Virus record (IMG/VR): IMGVR_UViG_3300044655_000391
Origin: an uncultured virus (IMG/VR IMGVR_UViG_3300044655_000391)
Lineage: Duplodnaviria > Heunggongvirae > Uroviricota > Caudoviricetes
DNA: 20,000 bases
Strand: one strand, 5' to 3'
How positions within the stretch are numbered: the stretch's first letter is position 1; every line of letters starts with the position of its first letter. The notes beneath the pieces are model-generated. The model was not told the origin of the DNA. It worked only from the letters and a program-made list of their open reading frames with translations, and made no database searches. The translations under genes were made by a program, and so were the position numbers. Shown piece by piece: positions 8,359-16,821 of this stretch.

Positions 8359-8826
8359 ATGAAAATTTTAATTGGCGTTTTAATTACACTTTGTTTACTT
8401 GTTTGCGTACATCAAGCGCACGCAGAAACTACGACAATCAATCAAAAAGGAATGCCAGTGCCTAGTGCTATGGCACCTAGTATGTCTGCATTCTCACAAG
8501 ATGTTTGTGCTGTTCCTATTAGTGCAGCGGGTAATTTAGGTTTTATCTCTCTATCAGGTGGTACTGTTTTGCTAGATGAGAACTGCGTAAAGATTAAGTT
8601 AGCTAAAACATTAAATGACTTAGGTCTTAAAGTAGCTGCTGTGTCAGTCTTATGTCAAGATCCTAAAGTATGGGATGCTATGGAGATGAGCGGTAGCCCT
8701 TGCCCTATGGGTGGGTCTGTAGGTGCTGCTGCTAAGAAAGCTTGGTATGAAACAAATCCTGAGAGGTTTAAAAAATTATATGGCCAGAATTACACTCTTC
8801 CTACTTCTTCTAATACTAAGGAGTAA
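8359..8826 (+). CDS. Exported Cys-containing hypothetical protein (signal peptide)
   Basis: ATG 8359 gives MKILIGVLITLCLLVCVHQAHA|ET (Sec signal, A-x-A site). Mature part has PSAMAPS, DVC, DENC.KIKLAK, GLKVAAVSVLCQD, AMEMSGSPCP, a pattern I recognise from uncharacterised aquatic-phage proteins. Confidence 0.7.
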   Translation: MKILIGVLITLCLLVCVHQAHAETTTINQKGMPVPSAMAPSMSAFSQDVCAVPISAAGNLGFISLSGGTVLLDENCVKIKLAKTLNDLGLKVAAVSVLCQDPKVWDAMEMSGSPCPMGGSVGAAAKKAWYETNPERFKKLYGQNYTLPTSSNTKE

Positions 8827-9814
8827 TGCATATGCTTGGTCATGTTCTTTTGCAAATACAGAAGAAGGTTGGTATCTTCAAGGATCAATGCAGTGCCAAG
8901 GTATTGCAACTGAAATTGCTTTGGAGCAACATTATTGTGGATGGTATAGACCGAATGACCCTTATTGTAGCGTATATCAAGTACCAGTTTGTAGCCCTCA
9001 AGTTGAGTATCAAACCTTATCTTGCCCAGTTCACCAATCAGGTGCTATTAATCAAAGTAGGAATTATGAATGCACTTCACAATCTTGGACAGGTTGGACA
9101 ACAACTTCTAACAACTGCACGCCAGATCCTCCAACGTGCATTGAATCTACTGAAACGAGAACACTAACATGTCAAGCTGGATTCGAAGGATTATCTCAAG
9201 AGCAAAGAATTTCAATCTGCTCGGATCCGTATGGATCTCCAACTTGGACAACTTGGTCGGAAATATACAATACTTGCAAAATGACGGCAACGAATGTAAA
9301 CAATCCAACATCTCCAATCAGTCCTATAAGTCCAATGAATCCAACCAGTGTGTTGAATCAACAGATCGCACCAGCAATATCTGTGGAAACTGTAACGGTA
9401 CAAGACCTAACTGCTACTGTACCTACAATATCAAAAGACGTACAAGGTACTACGATGACATCGGCTACAGGGGCGGTATCAACCAGCTTGACAACGACCT
9501 CATCAGCATCCAGCTCAGCGGAGAAGAAAGACTCATCAAAGGAAACATCACTTCCTAAAGGCAAAGAAATTGTGCCAGGATTTGGCATAGTAATGAGTAT
9601 GCAGATTATTAATGCTTCATACAGCATGCAACAGCAACAAATAGAAGAATATATTAAATTAGAACAGGAAAATGAATATGGACGAATTCAAGAGTTTACT
9701 CTCTCACTTCTCTCCGAAACAAATGTTGGTGATCGGTTCGATTCTCTTAACCGCAATCGGTGGGCCAATCTATTACGGAATAACCCTCTTCAACGACTTG
9801 CAGAGTACGATTGA
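8780..9814 (+). CDS. Exported Cys-rich repeat protein (signal peptide, Ser/Thr-rich linker)
   Basis: ATG 8780 gives MARITLFLLLLILRSNAYA|W. Twelve Cys in the N-terminal half, including two 4-Cys repeats. NPTSPISPISPMNPTS motif and a Ser/Thr-rich stretch. Overlaps both neighbours. Confidence 0.65.
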   Translation: MARITLFLLLLILRSNAYAWSCSFANTEEGWYLQGSMQCQGIATEIALEQHYCGWYRPNDPYCSVYQVPVCSPQVEYQTLSCPVHQSGAINQSRNYECTSQSWTGWTTTSNNCTPDPPTCIESTETRTLTCQAGFEGLSQEQRISICSDPYGSPTWTTWSEIYNTCKMTATNVNNPTSPISPISPMNPTSVLNQQIAPAISVETVTVQDLTATVPTISKDVQGTTMTSATGAVSTSLTTTSSASSSAEKKDSSKETSLPKGKEIVPGFGIVMSMQIINASYSMQQQQIEEYIKLEQENEYGRIQEFTLSLLSETNVGDRFDSLNRNRWANLLRNNPLQRLAEYD

Positions 9815-10073
9815 CGAAGTAAAGAAGATGAGTAATGTAGAAACACGCATTACTGTATTAGAAGATAGATCTAAATCTACTGAGCGTCAATTGGTAGATG
9901 TAATGATGTCTAATAACCGTGCTTTAGAAAAAGCAAATGAAGCTTATGGTAAAGCGATTGAAGCAAGCAGTGTAGCTAGATCGTCTCAAGACAAGATAAC
10001 TGACACTGTAACTAATGTAAAAGAAGATATGAAAGCCCTTAAAAAGGCCGTCACCAACCCACTAGGAAATTAA
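9678..10073 (+). CDS. Single-pass membrane protein with C-terminal coiled coil
   Basis: AGGA at 9666-9669 favours ATG 9678 over 9672. Hydrophobic MLVIGSILLTAIGGPIYYGITLF, then a heptad-like helix ending in KKAVTNPLGN. Confidence 0.7.
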   Translation: MDEFKSLLSHFSPKQMLVIGSILLTAIGGPIYYGITLFNDLQSTIDEVKKMSNVETRITVLEDRSKSTERQLVDVMMSNNRALEKANEAYGKAIEASSVARSSQDKITDTVTNVKEDMKALKKAVTNPLGN

Positions 10074-10075
10074 AT

Positions 10076-10561
10076 ATGCTATCCATCCTCTCCTCGATTC
10101 TCGGCTTCGCTACTGCGGGGCTACCAAACATTTTAGGTTTCTTTCAACAACGTGGCGATCAAAAGCATGAGCGTGAAATGGCTCAATTACAAAATGCCCA
10201 AGCAATGGCTATGGCAGAAAAAGGTTTTGTAGCTCAAGAAAAAATAGCAGCTATAGAATTAGAAGGTACATATGCAGAAACATACGCTCAAGAACGTGTA
10301 GCTTTATATGACCACGATAAGAAATTAGTAGAAGGTGGTTCTCAAACAGTTAAGAATTGGAATGCTATGGTAAGACCTGTAGTAGCATTTATCTTTGTAG
10401 GTGAACTAGTGCTTATTAATTTTGTATCATTAGCGTGGGCTATGTATTCTGGCGTTGACTTTATTGTAGCTTCACAAGAAGTATTTTCAACAGATGAAAT
10501 GGCTATCGTAGCATCAATTATTGGTTTCTACTTTGGTTCAAGAACTTGGGAAAAGAAATAA
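10076..10561 (+). CDS. Holin-like membrane protein (resembles 3-TM GTA-holin type)
   Basis: Hydrophobic N-terminus, DQKHE motif, A.VRPVV followed by a TM helix, IIGFYFGSR and a basic C-terminus. Immediately upstream of the lysozyme. Confidence 0.7.
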   Translation: MLSILSSILGFATAGLPNILGFFQQRGDQKHEREMAQLQNAQAMAMAEKGFVAQEKIAAIELEGTYAETYAQERVALYDHDKKLVEGGSQTVKNWNAMVRPVVAFIFVGELVLINFVSLAWAMYSGVDFIVASQEVFSTDEMAIVASIIGFYFGSRTWEKK

Positions 10562-11011
10562 GTGAAGGTATCAGAACGTGCTATCAAACTTATTAAACAT
10601 CATGAAGGTGTGCGTAATCGTCCCTACCGTTGCCCTGCAAACCTGTATACTGTGGGTGTTGGTCATCTTATCGGGGATGGCAAATCATTGCCTGAATCTT
10701 GGAACAGAACTTTTACGGAAGCTGAAATAGATGGAATTCTTAAATCAGATCTCAGACGCTTCGAGCTTGGAGTACATAAGATGCTACCTAACGTGCCTCT
10801 TAGACAACATGAATTTGACGCCATTATTAGTTTTTGCTTCAATTTGGGCCTTGGATGCTTTCAAAGATCAACACTCCGTCAAGCGTTGCTTCGTGGCGAT
10901 AAAAAGGCGGCTATGGAATCGTTAGTGAAGTATTGTCGTGCAGGTGGTAAAATACTACGAGGTTTACAAATCCGTAGATTAGATGAAAAAGCACTCTTTG
11001 AAGGTAAATAA
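10562..11011 (+). CDS. Endolysin, glycoside hydrolase family 24 phage lysozyme
   Basis: LIKHHEG...PYRCPA..YTVGVGH (E-x8-C-x5-T triad), FDAIISFCFNLG, STL, GGKILRGLQIRRLDE. GTG start. No SAR segment. Confidence 0.92.
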   Translation: MKVSERAIKLIKHHEGVRNRPYRCPANLYTVGVGHLIGDGKSLPESWNRTFTEAEIDGILKSDLRRFELGVHKMLPNVPLRQHEFDAIISFCFNLGLGCFQRSTLRQALLRGDKKAAMESLVKYCRAGGKILRGLQIRRLDEKALFEGK

Positions 11012-13230
11012 TGCCATTACAAAAATTAACATATAGAGCTGGAGTTAACCGTGAAGGAACCGACTACTCAAACGAGGGTGGTTTCTATGACGGTGATAAA
11101 GTACGTTTCCGTTCAGGCCAAGCTGAAAAGATTGGTGGCTGGGTACAAGTAGACACAGATCAGTTTGAAGGTATTGCACGTTCATTATGGACATGGACTG
11201 GCGCTAATGGATTATCAAATTACTTATCTCTAGGTACAAGTAAAAAATACTACATATTCTTTGGTGGTATTTACTATGATATTACACCTATTGTTCAAAC
11301 AGATGGCACAGCATTAGCTCCTCCAAATCAATTAGCGGCAAGTCCAATCTCTACAGTATCTGGATCTAACGTAGTGACTATTACAGATGGTAATTACAAT
11401 CCAGCTATTGGTGATTACGTTACGGTCACGTCTACATCAGCTGTTGGTGGATTAACCATCAGTGGTGAGTACGTTGTTAATACTGTACCTTCTACAACTA
11501 CATTTACTATTTTAGCTGCATCAAACGCATCATCTACAGCAAGTGGTGGTGGCACAGTTACATTAGCATTTCAATACCCTATTGGTAATGATGTTTCAAC
11601 AATTGGTACTGGATGGGGTGCTGGAACATGGTGCGGTGCTATTGCCACTACAGGCACTACCTTAACTAATCCATTTGATACAATCAACACAAGCACTACA
11701 GTATCAGTAAATCAAACTGCTCACGGACTTACCTCTGGCGATTGGATATATTTTAGCTCTGTACAAAATAATGTTTCAGGTATTCTGAATACTATATTAC
11801 AGCAAGCATTTCAAGTAACTGTAGTCAATCCAAATAAATATACTATATCAACTGTATTTGCATCTCAAAGCTATCCAGCTAACGCTACAGCATCTGGCCT
11901 TGGTGGAACTGTTGTAGTTAGAATACCAGTCTCTGCTACTCGTGGCTGGGGAACTGGCTTTACATCTGGTATTGCACAACAATTAAGACTTTGGTCTCAA
12001 GACAATTACGGTTCTAACTTAGCTTATGCTCCTCGTGGTGGCCCAATATTCTATTGGCTAGATGTATCAGGCGTATCAGTTCGTGGCGCATACTTATCTA
12101 AATTATCCACTGATGCAGGATTTAGTGGTGCTTTTGTACCAAAAACAACCAGTCAAATTTTAACTTCAGCTACAGAACAGTTTTTAATTGCTTTAGGCTC
12201 TAATTCATATGAAGTAGGAAATGCTAATACAGCATTTAATCCTATGATTGTAAGATGGTCTGACCAAGGTAATCCATATCAATGGGTTCCAGAAACAACA
12301 AATCAATCTGGTGAATTTACATTAGCAAATGGTTCGTTTATTGTGACAGGCATTACAACCCGTCAAGAAATTTTGATATGGACTAATTCTTGCTTGTATT
12401 CTATGCAGTATGTTGGATATCCTTACGTATGGTCTTTCCAAGTGCTGATGGATAATATTTCTATCATTGCTCCTAACGCAGCTGTTACAGTTAATAATGT
12501 GACTTACTGGATGGGTAAAGATAAGTTCTATCAATATACTGGTGTGGTTTCAACATTACCTTGCTCACTCCGTCAATTCATATTTGAAGATATTAATATT
12601 GATCAAGCATTCCAAATATTCTCTGGATCTAATGAAGGATACAATGAGGTATGGTGGTTCTATGTAAGTCAAAATAGTGGCGGCACTACAGTAGACCGTT
12701 ATGTTATTTATAACTATGTAGACAAGGTATGGTCATATGGTACTATGGCAAGAACAGCTTGGTTACAATATGGTATCCAACCAAATCCAGTAGCCGCTGA
12801 TTACAATAGAAGACTTTTATACCATGAGGTAGGAAACGATGATGTATCTACAAACAGCCCACAACCTATTGAAGCCTATATCCAATCTTCTGATTTTGGT
12901 ATTGAGGCTGGCGAGCATCTTGGTTTTGTATGGCGTATGTTGCCTGATGTCAATTTTAATGGTTCAAGTGTTAATGCACCTTCCGTTACAATGACATTGT
13001 TTGGCCGTCAAAATTCTGGATCTTCTCAAGAGCCTTCAGATGTTGATACGGTAACTAGCGGACAAAACTATTCAACAGTAACTCAATATATTATTCCTAA
13101 ATTTACAGGACAAGTTTATACAAGGCTAAGAGCTCGTCAAATGGCATTTGAAATTAGATCTACAGATCTTGGTGTAGCTTGGCAATTAGGTATCCCTCGT
13201 ATTGATGTTAAGCCAGACGGAAAACGCTAA
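11011..13230 (+). CDS. Tail hub / DNA stabilisation-like protein (P22 gp10-like role)
   Basis: 739 aa, beta-rich. DGDKVRFR...EKIGGW, RLWSQDNYG, IVRWSDQ, EILIWT, YWMG..KFY.Y.G, EVWWFY, RTAW, C-terminal WQLGIPRIDVKPDGKR. Position before the ejection genes. Confidence 0.7.
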   Translation: MPLQKLTYRAGVNREGTDYSNEGGFYDGDKVRFRSGQAEKIGGWVQVDTDQFEGIARSLWTWTGANGLSNYLSLGTSKKYYIFFGGIYYDITPIVQTDGTALAPPNQLAASPISTVSGSNVVTITDGNYNPAIGDYVTVTSTSAVGGLTISGEYVVNTVPSTTTFTILAASNASSTASGGGTVTLAFQYPIGNDVSTIGTGWGAGTWCGAIATTGTTLTNPFDTINTSTTVSVNQTAHGLTSGDWIYFSSVQNNVSGILNTILQQAFQVTVVNPNKYTISTVFASQSYPANATASGLGGTVVVRIPVSATRGWGTGFTSGIAQQLRLWSQDNYGSNLAYAPRGGPIFYWLDVSGVSVRGAYLSKLSTDAGFSGAFVPKTTSQILTSATEQFLIALGSNSYEVGNANTAFNPMIVRWSDQGNPYQWVPETTNQSGEFTLANGSFIVTGITTRQEILIWTNSCLYSMQYVGYPYVWSFQVLMDNISIIAPNAAVTVNNVTYWMGKDKFYQYTGVVSTLPCSLRQFIFEDINIDQAFQIFSGSNEGYNEVWWFYVSQNSGGTTVDRYVIYNYVDKVWSYGTMARTAWLQYGIQPNPVAADYNRRLLYHEVGNDDVSTNSPQPIEAYIQSSDFGIEAGEHLGFVWRMLPDVNFNGSSVNAPSVTMTLFGRQNSGSSQEPSDVDTVTSGQNYSTVTQYIIPKFTGQVYTRLRARQMAFEIRSTDLGVAWQLGIPRIDVKPDGKR

Positions 13231-14090
13231 TGGCTAATATAGCGACAATAAGAAATACCGTAGCACCTAGCTTACCTATTGCTATGACTGACTATAGTCA
13301 GCAATATACAGATCAATACTCAAATATCTTGCGTTTGTATTTTAACCAATTAGATAACTTTACTAGAGCACTTACGGCATCTGGCGGTGGTTCAGCGTTA
13401 AGCTTTCCTAATGGTGCATTTCATCAGGACGGATATACTACTTTAACTAATGCCATTCCTAATAGTTCTTCAACAGCGACTATTGTTGTAGCCTCAACCG
13501 CTAACTTTGCATCCGCTGGCACGATTCTGATTGGTAAAGAATTAATTAGTTATACAGGCAAAACTGCCACTTCATTTACAGGAATTACCCGTTCAGAGTA
13601 CGGCTCTAGTGGCGCTGCTCATTCTGCTGGAGTTTATGTAACTGAAGCCCAGGCAGTGCCATCTGCAACTACTGCTTTACAAGTCCCATTTGATACAACA
13701 GATGTCAGCAATCAGATAGCTCTAGACCCCGCAGATAACACTAAAATTGTATTTGCCGTAGCTGGTTATTACAACATACAGTTTAGCGCTCAGCTTCTAA
13801 ACCCCAAGAGTTTAATAGATAACGTATCTTTTTGGTTTAGAAAAAATACAAATGACATACCAAATACAGCTGGTGTTTCTACGGTTCCAATAGGACCTGG
13901 TGCTAATTTAGGCGCTACATTAACCGCTTGGAATATAGTAGTACCTCTAAATGCTGGGGATAACGTTCAGTTAATGATGAGTTCAGTTTCTGGGGATACG
14001 GTAATTGGTACGTACCCTCCTGGCACAGCTCCAGTTAGCCCAGCTTCTCCAGCTGTAATTCTTACTGCAACATTTGTATCAGCATTGTAG
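13230..14090 (+). CDS. Tail-associated protein with N-terminal helix and C1q/TNF-like C-terminal domain
   Basis: APSLP...YSQQY...ILRLYFNQLD N-terminus. GAF ... VPFDTTD ... AGYYNIQFSAQL ... WFRKN ... LNAGDNVQLM pattern of a C1q/BclA-like jelly roll. Confidence 0.55.
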   Translation: MANIATIRNTVAPSLPIAMTDYSQQYTDQYSNILRLYFNQLDNFTRALTASGGGSALSFPNGAFHQDGYTTLTNAIPNSSSTATIVVASTANFASAGTILIGKELISYTGKTATSFTGITRSEYGSSGAAHSAGVYVTEAQAVPSATTALQVPFDTTDVSNQIALDPADNTKIVFAVAGYYNIQFSAQLLNPKSLIDNVSFWFRKNTNDIPNTAGVSTVPIGPGANLGATLTAWNIVVPLNAGDNVQLMMSSVSGDTVIGTYPPGTAPVSPASPAVILTATFVSAL

Positions 14091-14168
14091 TAGCAATAAA
14101 GGTGATAAAAAGCAATGATTTTTAGTAGAAATAGTTTAAAATGTCAATATTAACATTATGGTGAAATT
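14091..14168. promoter_or_regulatory. Only sizeable intergenic gap; candidate promoter with 18-bp palindrome
   Basis: AT-rich 78 bp. TAAAAT at 14137-14142 on + strand, with no good -35. AATGTCAATATTAACATT at 14140-14157 pairs 8/9. GGTG SD-like sequence before ATG 14169. Confidence 0.4.
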
Positions 14169-15746
14169 ATGAGTCTAGCACTAGCCGCCAAACATCTCGA
14201 ATCCCAAGGTCGTAATAAGGACAGTAAACTCGTCCATATGACCCCTGATGAGCTACGTGCTCTTAATAAACTATCGTTAGACCATGTTGGTAAACCTTTA
14301 TCAACTAACCCTAAAACAGGCCTTCCTGAAGCTGGTTTCCTAAGCTCATTATTACCTACTGTAGCTGGTATTGCTGGTGCAGCTATGGGTATTCCATTGC
14401 CACTTTTGGCAGGTGGTGTAGGGCTTTTAAGTTATGCAATGACAGGCGATATTGGCCAAGGTATTATGGCTGGTCTTGGTGCATGGTCAGGTGGTAAATT
14501 AGGCGCAGATATTAGGGGTGCAGCAGATTTAGCTCAGGTGGGTGGAAATTCAGCAGCTGCTGCATCAGATGCCGCAGCAAGAGCAGCATTAGATACTTCT
14601 GTATATAGCCCAATCAGCACTATGGGTGCACCCTCTATGTTGGGCACACCTTCTTTAATAGACGCAACTGGTGGACTGGCTAACATAGGCGCTGCAGGAA
14701 CTACAAATGCTTTAGGTCAAACAATCGCACCTCAAATGGCTCAAAAAATTGTTGGCTCTGGATTTAGTGCTGCACCTTCAAATTGGGATACGTTTACTAA
14801 AGGTGTTCAAGGTGTAATGGATAAGCCTGGTGAATTTTTTGCTCGTGATGGGGTAAAATTAAATACAGCTATGGCAGCAGCTCCATTAGTGTTTGGTGCA
14901 TTACAACCAGATCTTCCAAAATTATCAGGCGAAAAAGAACCAGAAAATCCATTTGGTTTTAAAAAGCTAAGTAAAGATTTTAAAGGCTCATTCCCAAGCC
15001 AACCTAACCCATATTACACAGCACAATACCCAGACTATAGGGCTAAACCATACGGATCAGCAGATGGCGGACTTATGGGTATTGATAGATATAAATCTAA
15101 AGGCAAGGTAGATGTAGAAAAACAATTACGCTCTATAGAAACAATGAATAAAGGTGTTAATTTAATGTCACCCACACCAGATGGATATGCTCCAATCAAT
15201 CCTCGTGATCCAGGTGATGCTATGGGTGGCCCAGGAATAATTCCCTATGAACAAGAATATGCAGGTTTAAGCGCAGATCAAAGAGCTTACGCTATGATGA
15301 AAAACCTAAGAAAGAAAACATTAAAAGATGATTTAGCAACTGGTCTTCAACCAGTTGGCGCATTGGGAGAACTTGATCTAATGCCAGTGATGCAAAAACA
15401 AGCTATGTTAGAAGCACAAGCTAAAAACCAAATTGCACAAGAAGCTAAACGTGGTGGCTTGATGGATAGTCATTTAGGTGATTACTCAGATGGTGGTCGT
15501 TTATTAAAAGGACCAGGCGATGGTGTATCTGACTCAATACCTGCTACAATAGGCGGCAAACAAGCTGCAAGATTAGCTGAAGGTGAATTTGTTATTCCAG
15601 CAAGAATTGTATCTGAATTAGGTAACGGCTCTACAGACGCTGGCGCTAAACGTTTATATGCCATGATGGATCGTGTCAAGGCTAAACGTAGAAAAGCTAA
15701 AGATATAGCAGCAGATACTAAAGCATATAAATTATTACCAGTATAG
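14169..15746 (+). CDS. Probable internal virion / ejection protein
   Basis: GR.KDS.LVHMTP.E and TNPKTGLPEA N-terminal motif. Gly/Ala hydrophobic segments. C-terminal GPGDGVSDSIPA...RLAEGEFVIPA..VS.LGNGS..AGA module, also seen in tape-measure proteins. Confidence 0.6.
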   Translation: MSLALAAKHLESQGRNKDSKLVHMTPDELRALNKLSLDHVGKPLSTNPKTGLPEAGFLSSLLPTVAGIAGAAMGIPLPLLAGGVGLLSYAMTGDIGQGIMAGLGAWSGGKLGADIRGAADLAQVGGNSAAAASDAAARAALDTSVYSPISTMGAPSMLGTPSLIDATGGLANIGAAGTTNALGQTIAPQMAQKIVGSGFSAAPSNWDTFTKGVQGVMDKPGEFFARDGVKLNTAMAAAPLVFGALQPDLPKLSGEKEPENPFGFKKLSKDFKGSFPSQPNPYYTAQYPDYRAKPYGSADGGLMGIDRYKSKGKVDVEKQLRSIETMNKGVNLMSPTPDGYAPINPRDPGDAMGGPGIIPYEQEYAGLSADQRAYAMMKNLRKKTLKDDLATGLQPVGALGELDLMPVMQKQAMLEAQAKNQIAQEAKRGGLMDSHLGDYSDGGRLLKGPGDGVSDSIPATIGGKQAARLAEGEFVIPARIVSELGNGSTDAGAKRLYAMMDRVKAKRRKAKDIAADTKAYKLLPV

Positions 15747-15755
15747 GACAAGATT

Positions 15756-16400
15756 ATGGGTATGGGTAGCGGAGTAGGTGGATCAGGTAAAGGCGGTGGC
15801 CAAGCTACTAGCAATGGTCAGCCAGTATATTATGATTCAACAAAAAACCAATACTACACAACAAACAACTCAGGATCATCAGGTAATCTTTTAACATCTA
15901 TATTGGGTGGAATGGTTGGACAAACAGATAGAAATTACTTAGGTAATTCTTTAAATACTAATAATTTCCAGCAATCCACATCTGAACCAAAAGTATATAA
16001 TGCATCATATCCACAACCTACTGGAGAAGCATTTAACAATGGCGTAAATAGTGATAGCGGTTTAGCTTCTATATTAGCTGGTCTGTATAGCTCTGGTGTG
16101 TTGAATCAACAAACTACAAATCCATATGCTCCACAAGGAACCACAGGGTCATTCAATGCAATTCCTTATGGTCAACAACAAGAGTCAATGTTTAGTCGTC
16201 CAAACGTTAACCCTTATGGTGGGTCTCAAGGACAACAATGGAATCCTTATGGTAATTACTATACATCAAGCAATACTTCTGCTGGCGGTGGTAATACCAA
16301 TAATAATATAGCACCTCCACCTAGAACTACAGGGCCTGATGCTTTACAACAATTATCATTTATGATGCAAAATAACCAGAACCAAAATACACAAATATAA
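15756..16400 (+). CDS. Low-complexity N/Q/G/S/Y-rich hypothetical protein
   Basis: 214-aa ORF with AGGA SD. TAATG-coupled to the next gene. Very few charged residues. Confidence 0.6.
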   Translation: MGMGSGVGGSGKGGGQATSNGQPVYYDSTKNQYYTTNNSGSSGNLLTSILGGMVGQTDRNYLGNSLNTNNFQQSTSEPKVYNASYPQPTGEAFNNGVNSDSGLASILAGLYSSGVLNQQTTNPYAPQGTTGSFNAIPYGQQQESMFSRPNVNPYGGSQGQQWNPYGNYYTSSNTSAGGGNTNNNIAPPPRTTGPDALQQLSFMMQNNQNQNTQI

Positions 16401-16816
16401 TGGATGTATCTTTAGTACCTAAAGAATATATTGATCGTGTATGGCCAGAAATAAATGCTTACGCAGAGAAGTGTGCTAAGTATACTTATGGACGTTATAC
16501 CGCAGATGATATGCGCCAAGAAGTTATTGATAATCCAGAACAGCAGTTATGGATTGCTTTCGATGAAAGAGGTATTGTAGGTTTTTGGATTACTGAAATC
16601 TATCAATATCCCAGAAAAAGAGTTTTGATGTTGCACTTTGTGGGCGGTAAAGATTTTCATAGTTGGAGAGTCGTAGGCTTTCCAATACTTGTAAGATTTT
16701 GCAAGGATCATGGATGTGAAGTTATGGAGTCCTACGGTAGACCAGGTTGGAAGAAATTCTGGGAAGCTGAAGGATATAAGGCAAGGTTTGTTTTTTATGA
16801 ATTACCAGTGGAATAA
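16400..16816 (+). CDS. GNAT-fold-like morphogenesis protein (P22 gp14-like position)
   Basis: SLVP...VWP, QQLWIAF, TEIYQYP, FVGG, GCEVMESYGRPGW motifs. Lies directly before the pilot-like gene. Confidence 0.5.
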   Translation: MDVSLVPKEYIDRVWPEINAYAEKCAKYTYGRYTADDMRQEVIDNPEQQLWIAFDERGIVGFWITEIYQYPRKRVLMLHFVGGKDFHSWRVVGFPILVRFCKDHGCEVMESYGRPGWKKFWEAEGYKARFVFYELPVE

Positions 16817-16821
16817 AAATT

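Noticed and set aside
8359..8410. Lipoprotein (o-spanin) signal at LLVC
   Set aside because: It does not fit the [LVI][ASTVI][GAS]C lipobox, and a good SPase I site (AHA) follows. Not fully excluded without prediction tools.
8826..9558. Alternative + strand ORFs 8826..9167 and 9169..9558
   Set aside because: They lie within 8780..9814, which has a coherent signal peptide and Cys repeats. They show no lipobox or recognisable motifs.
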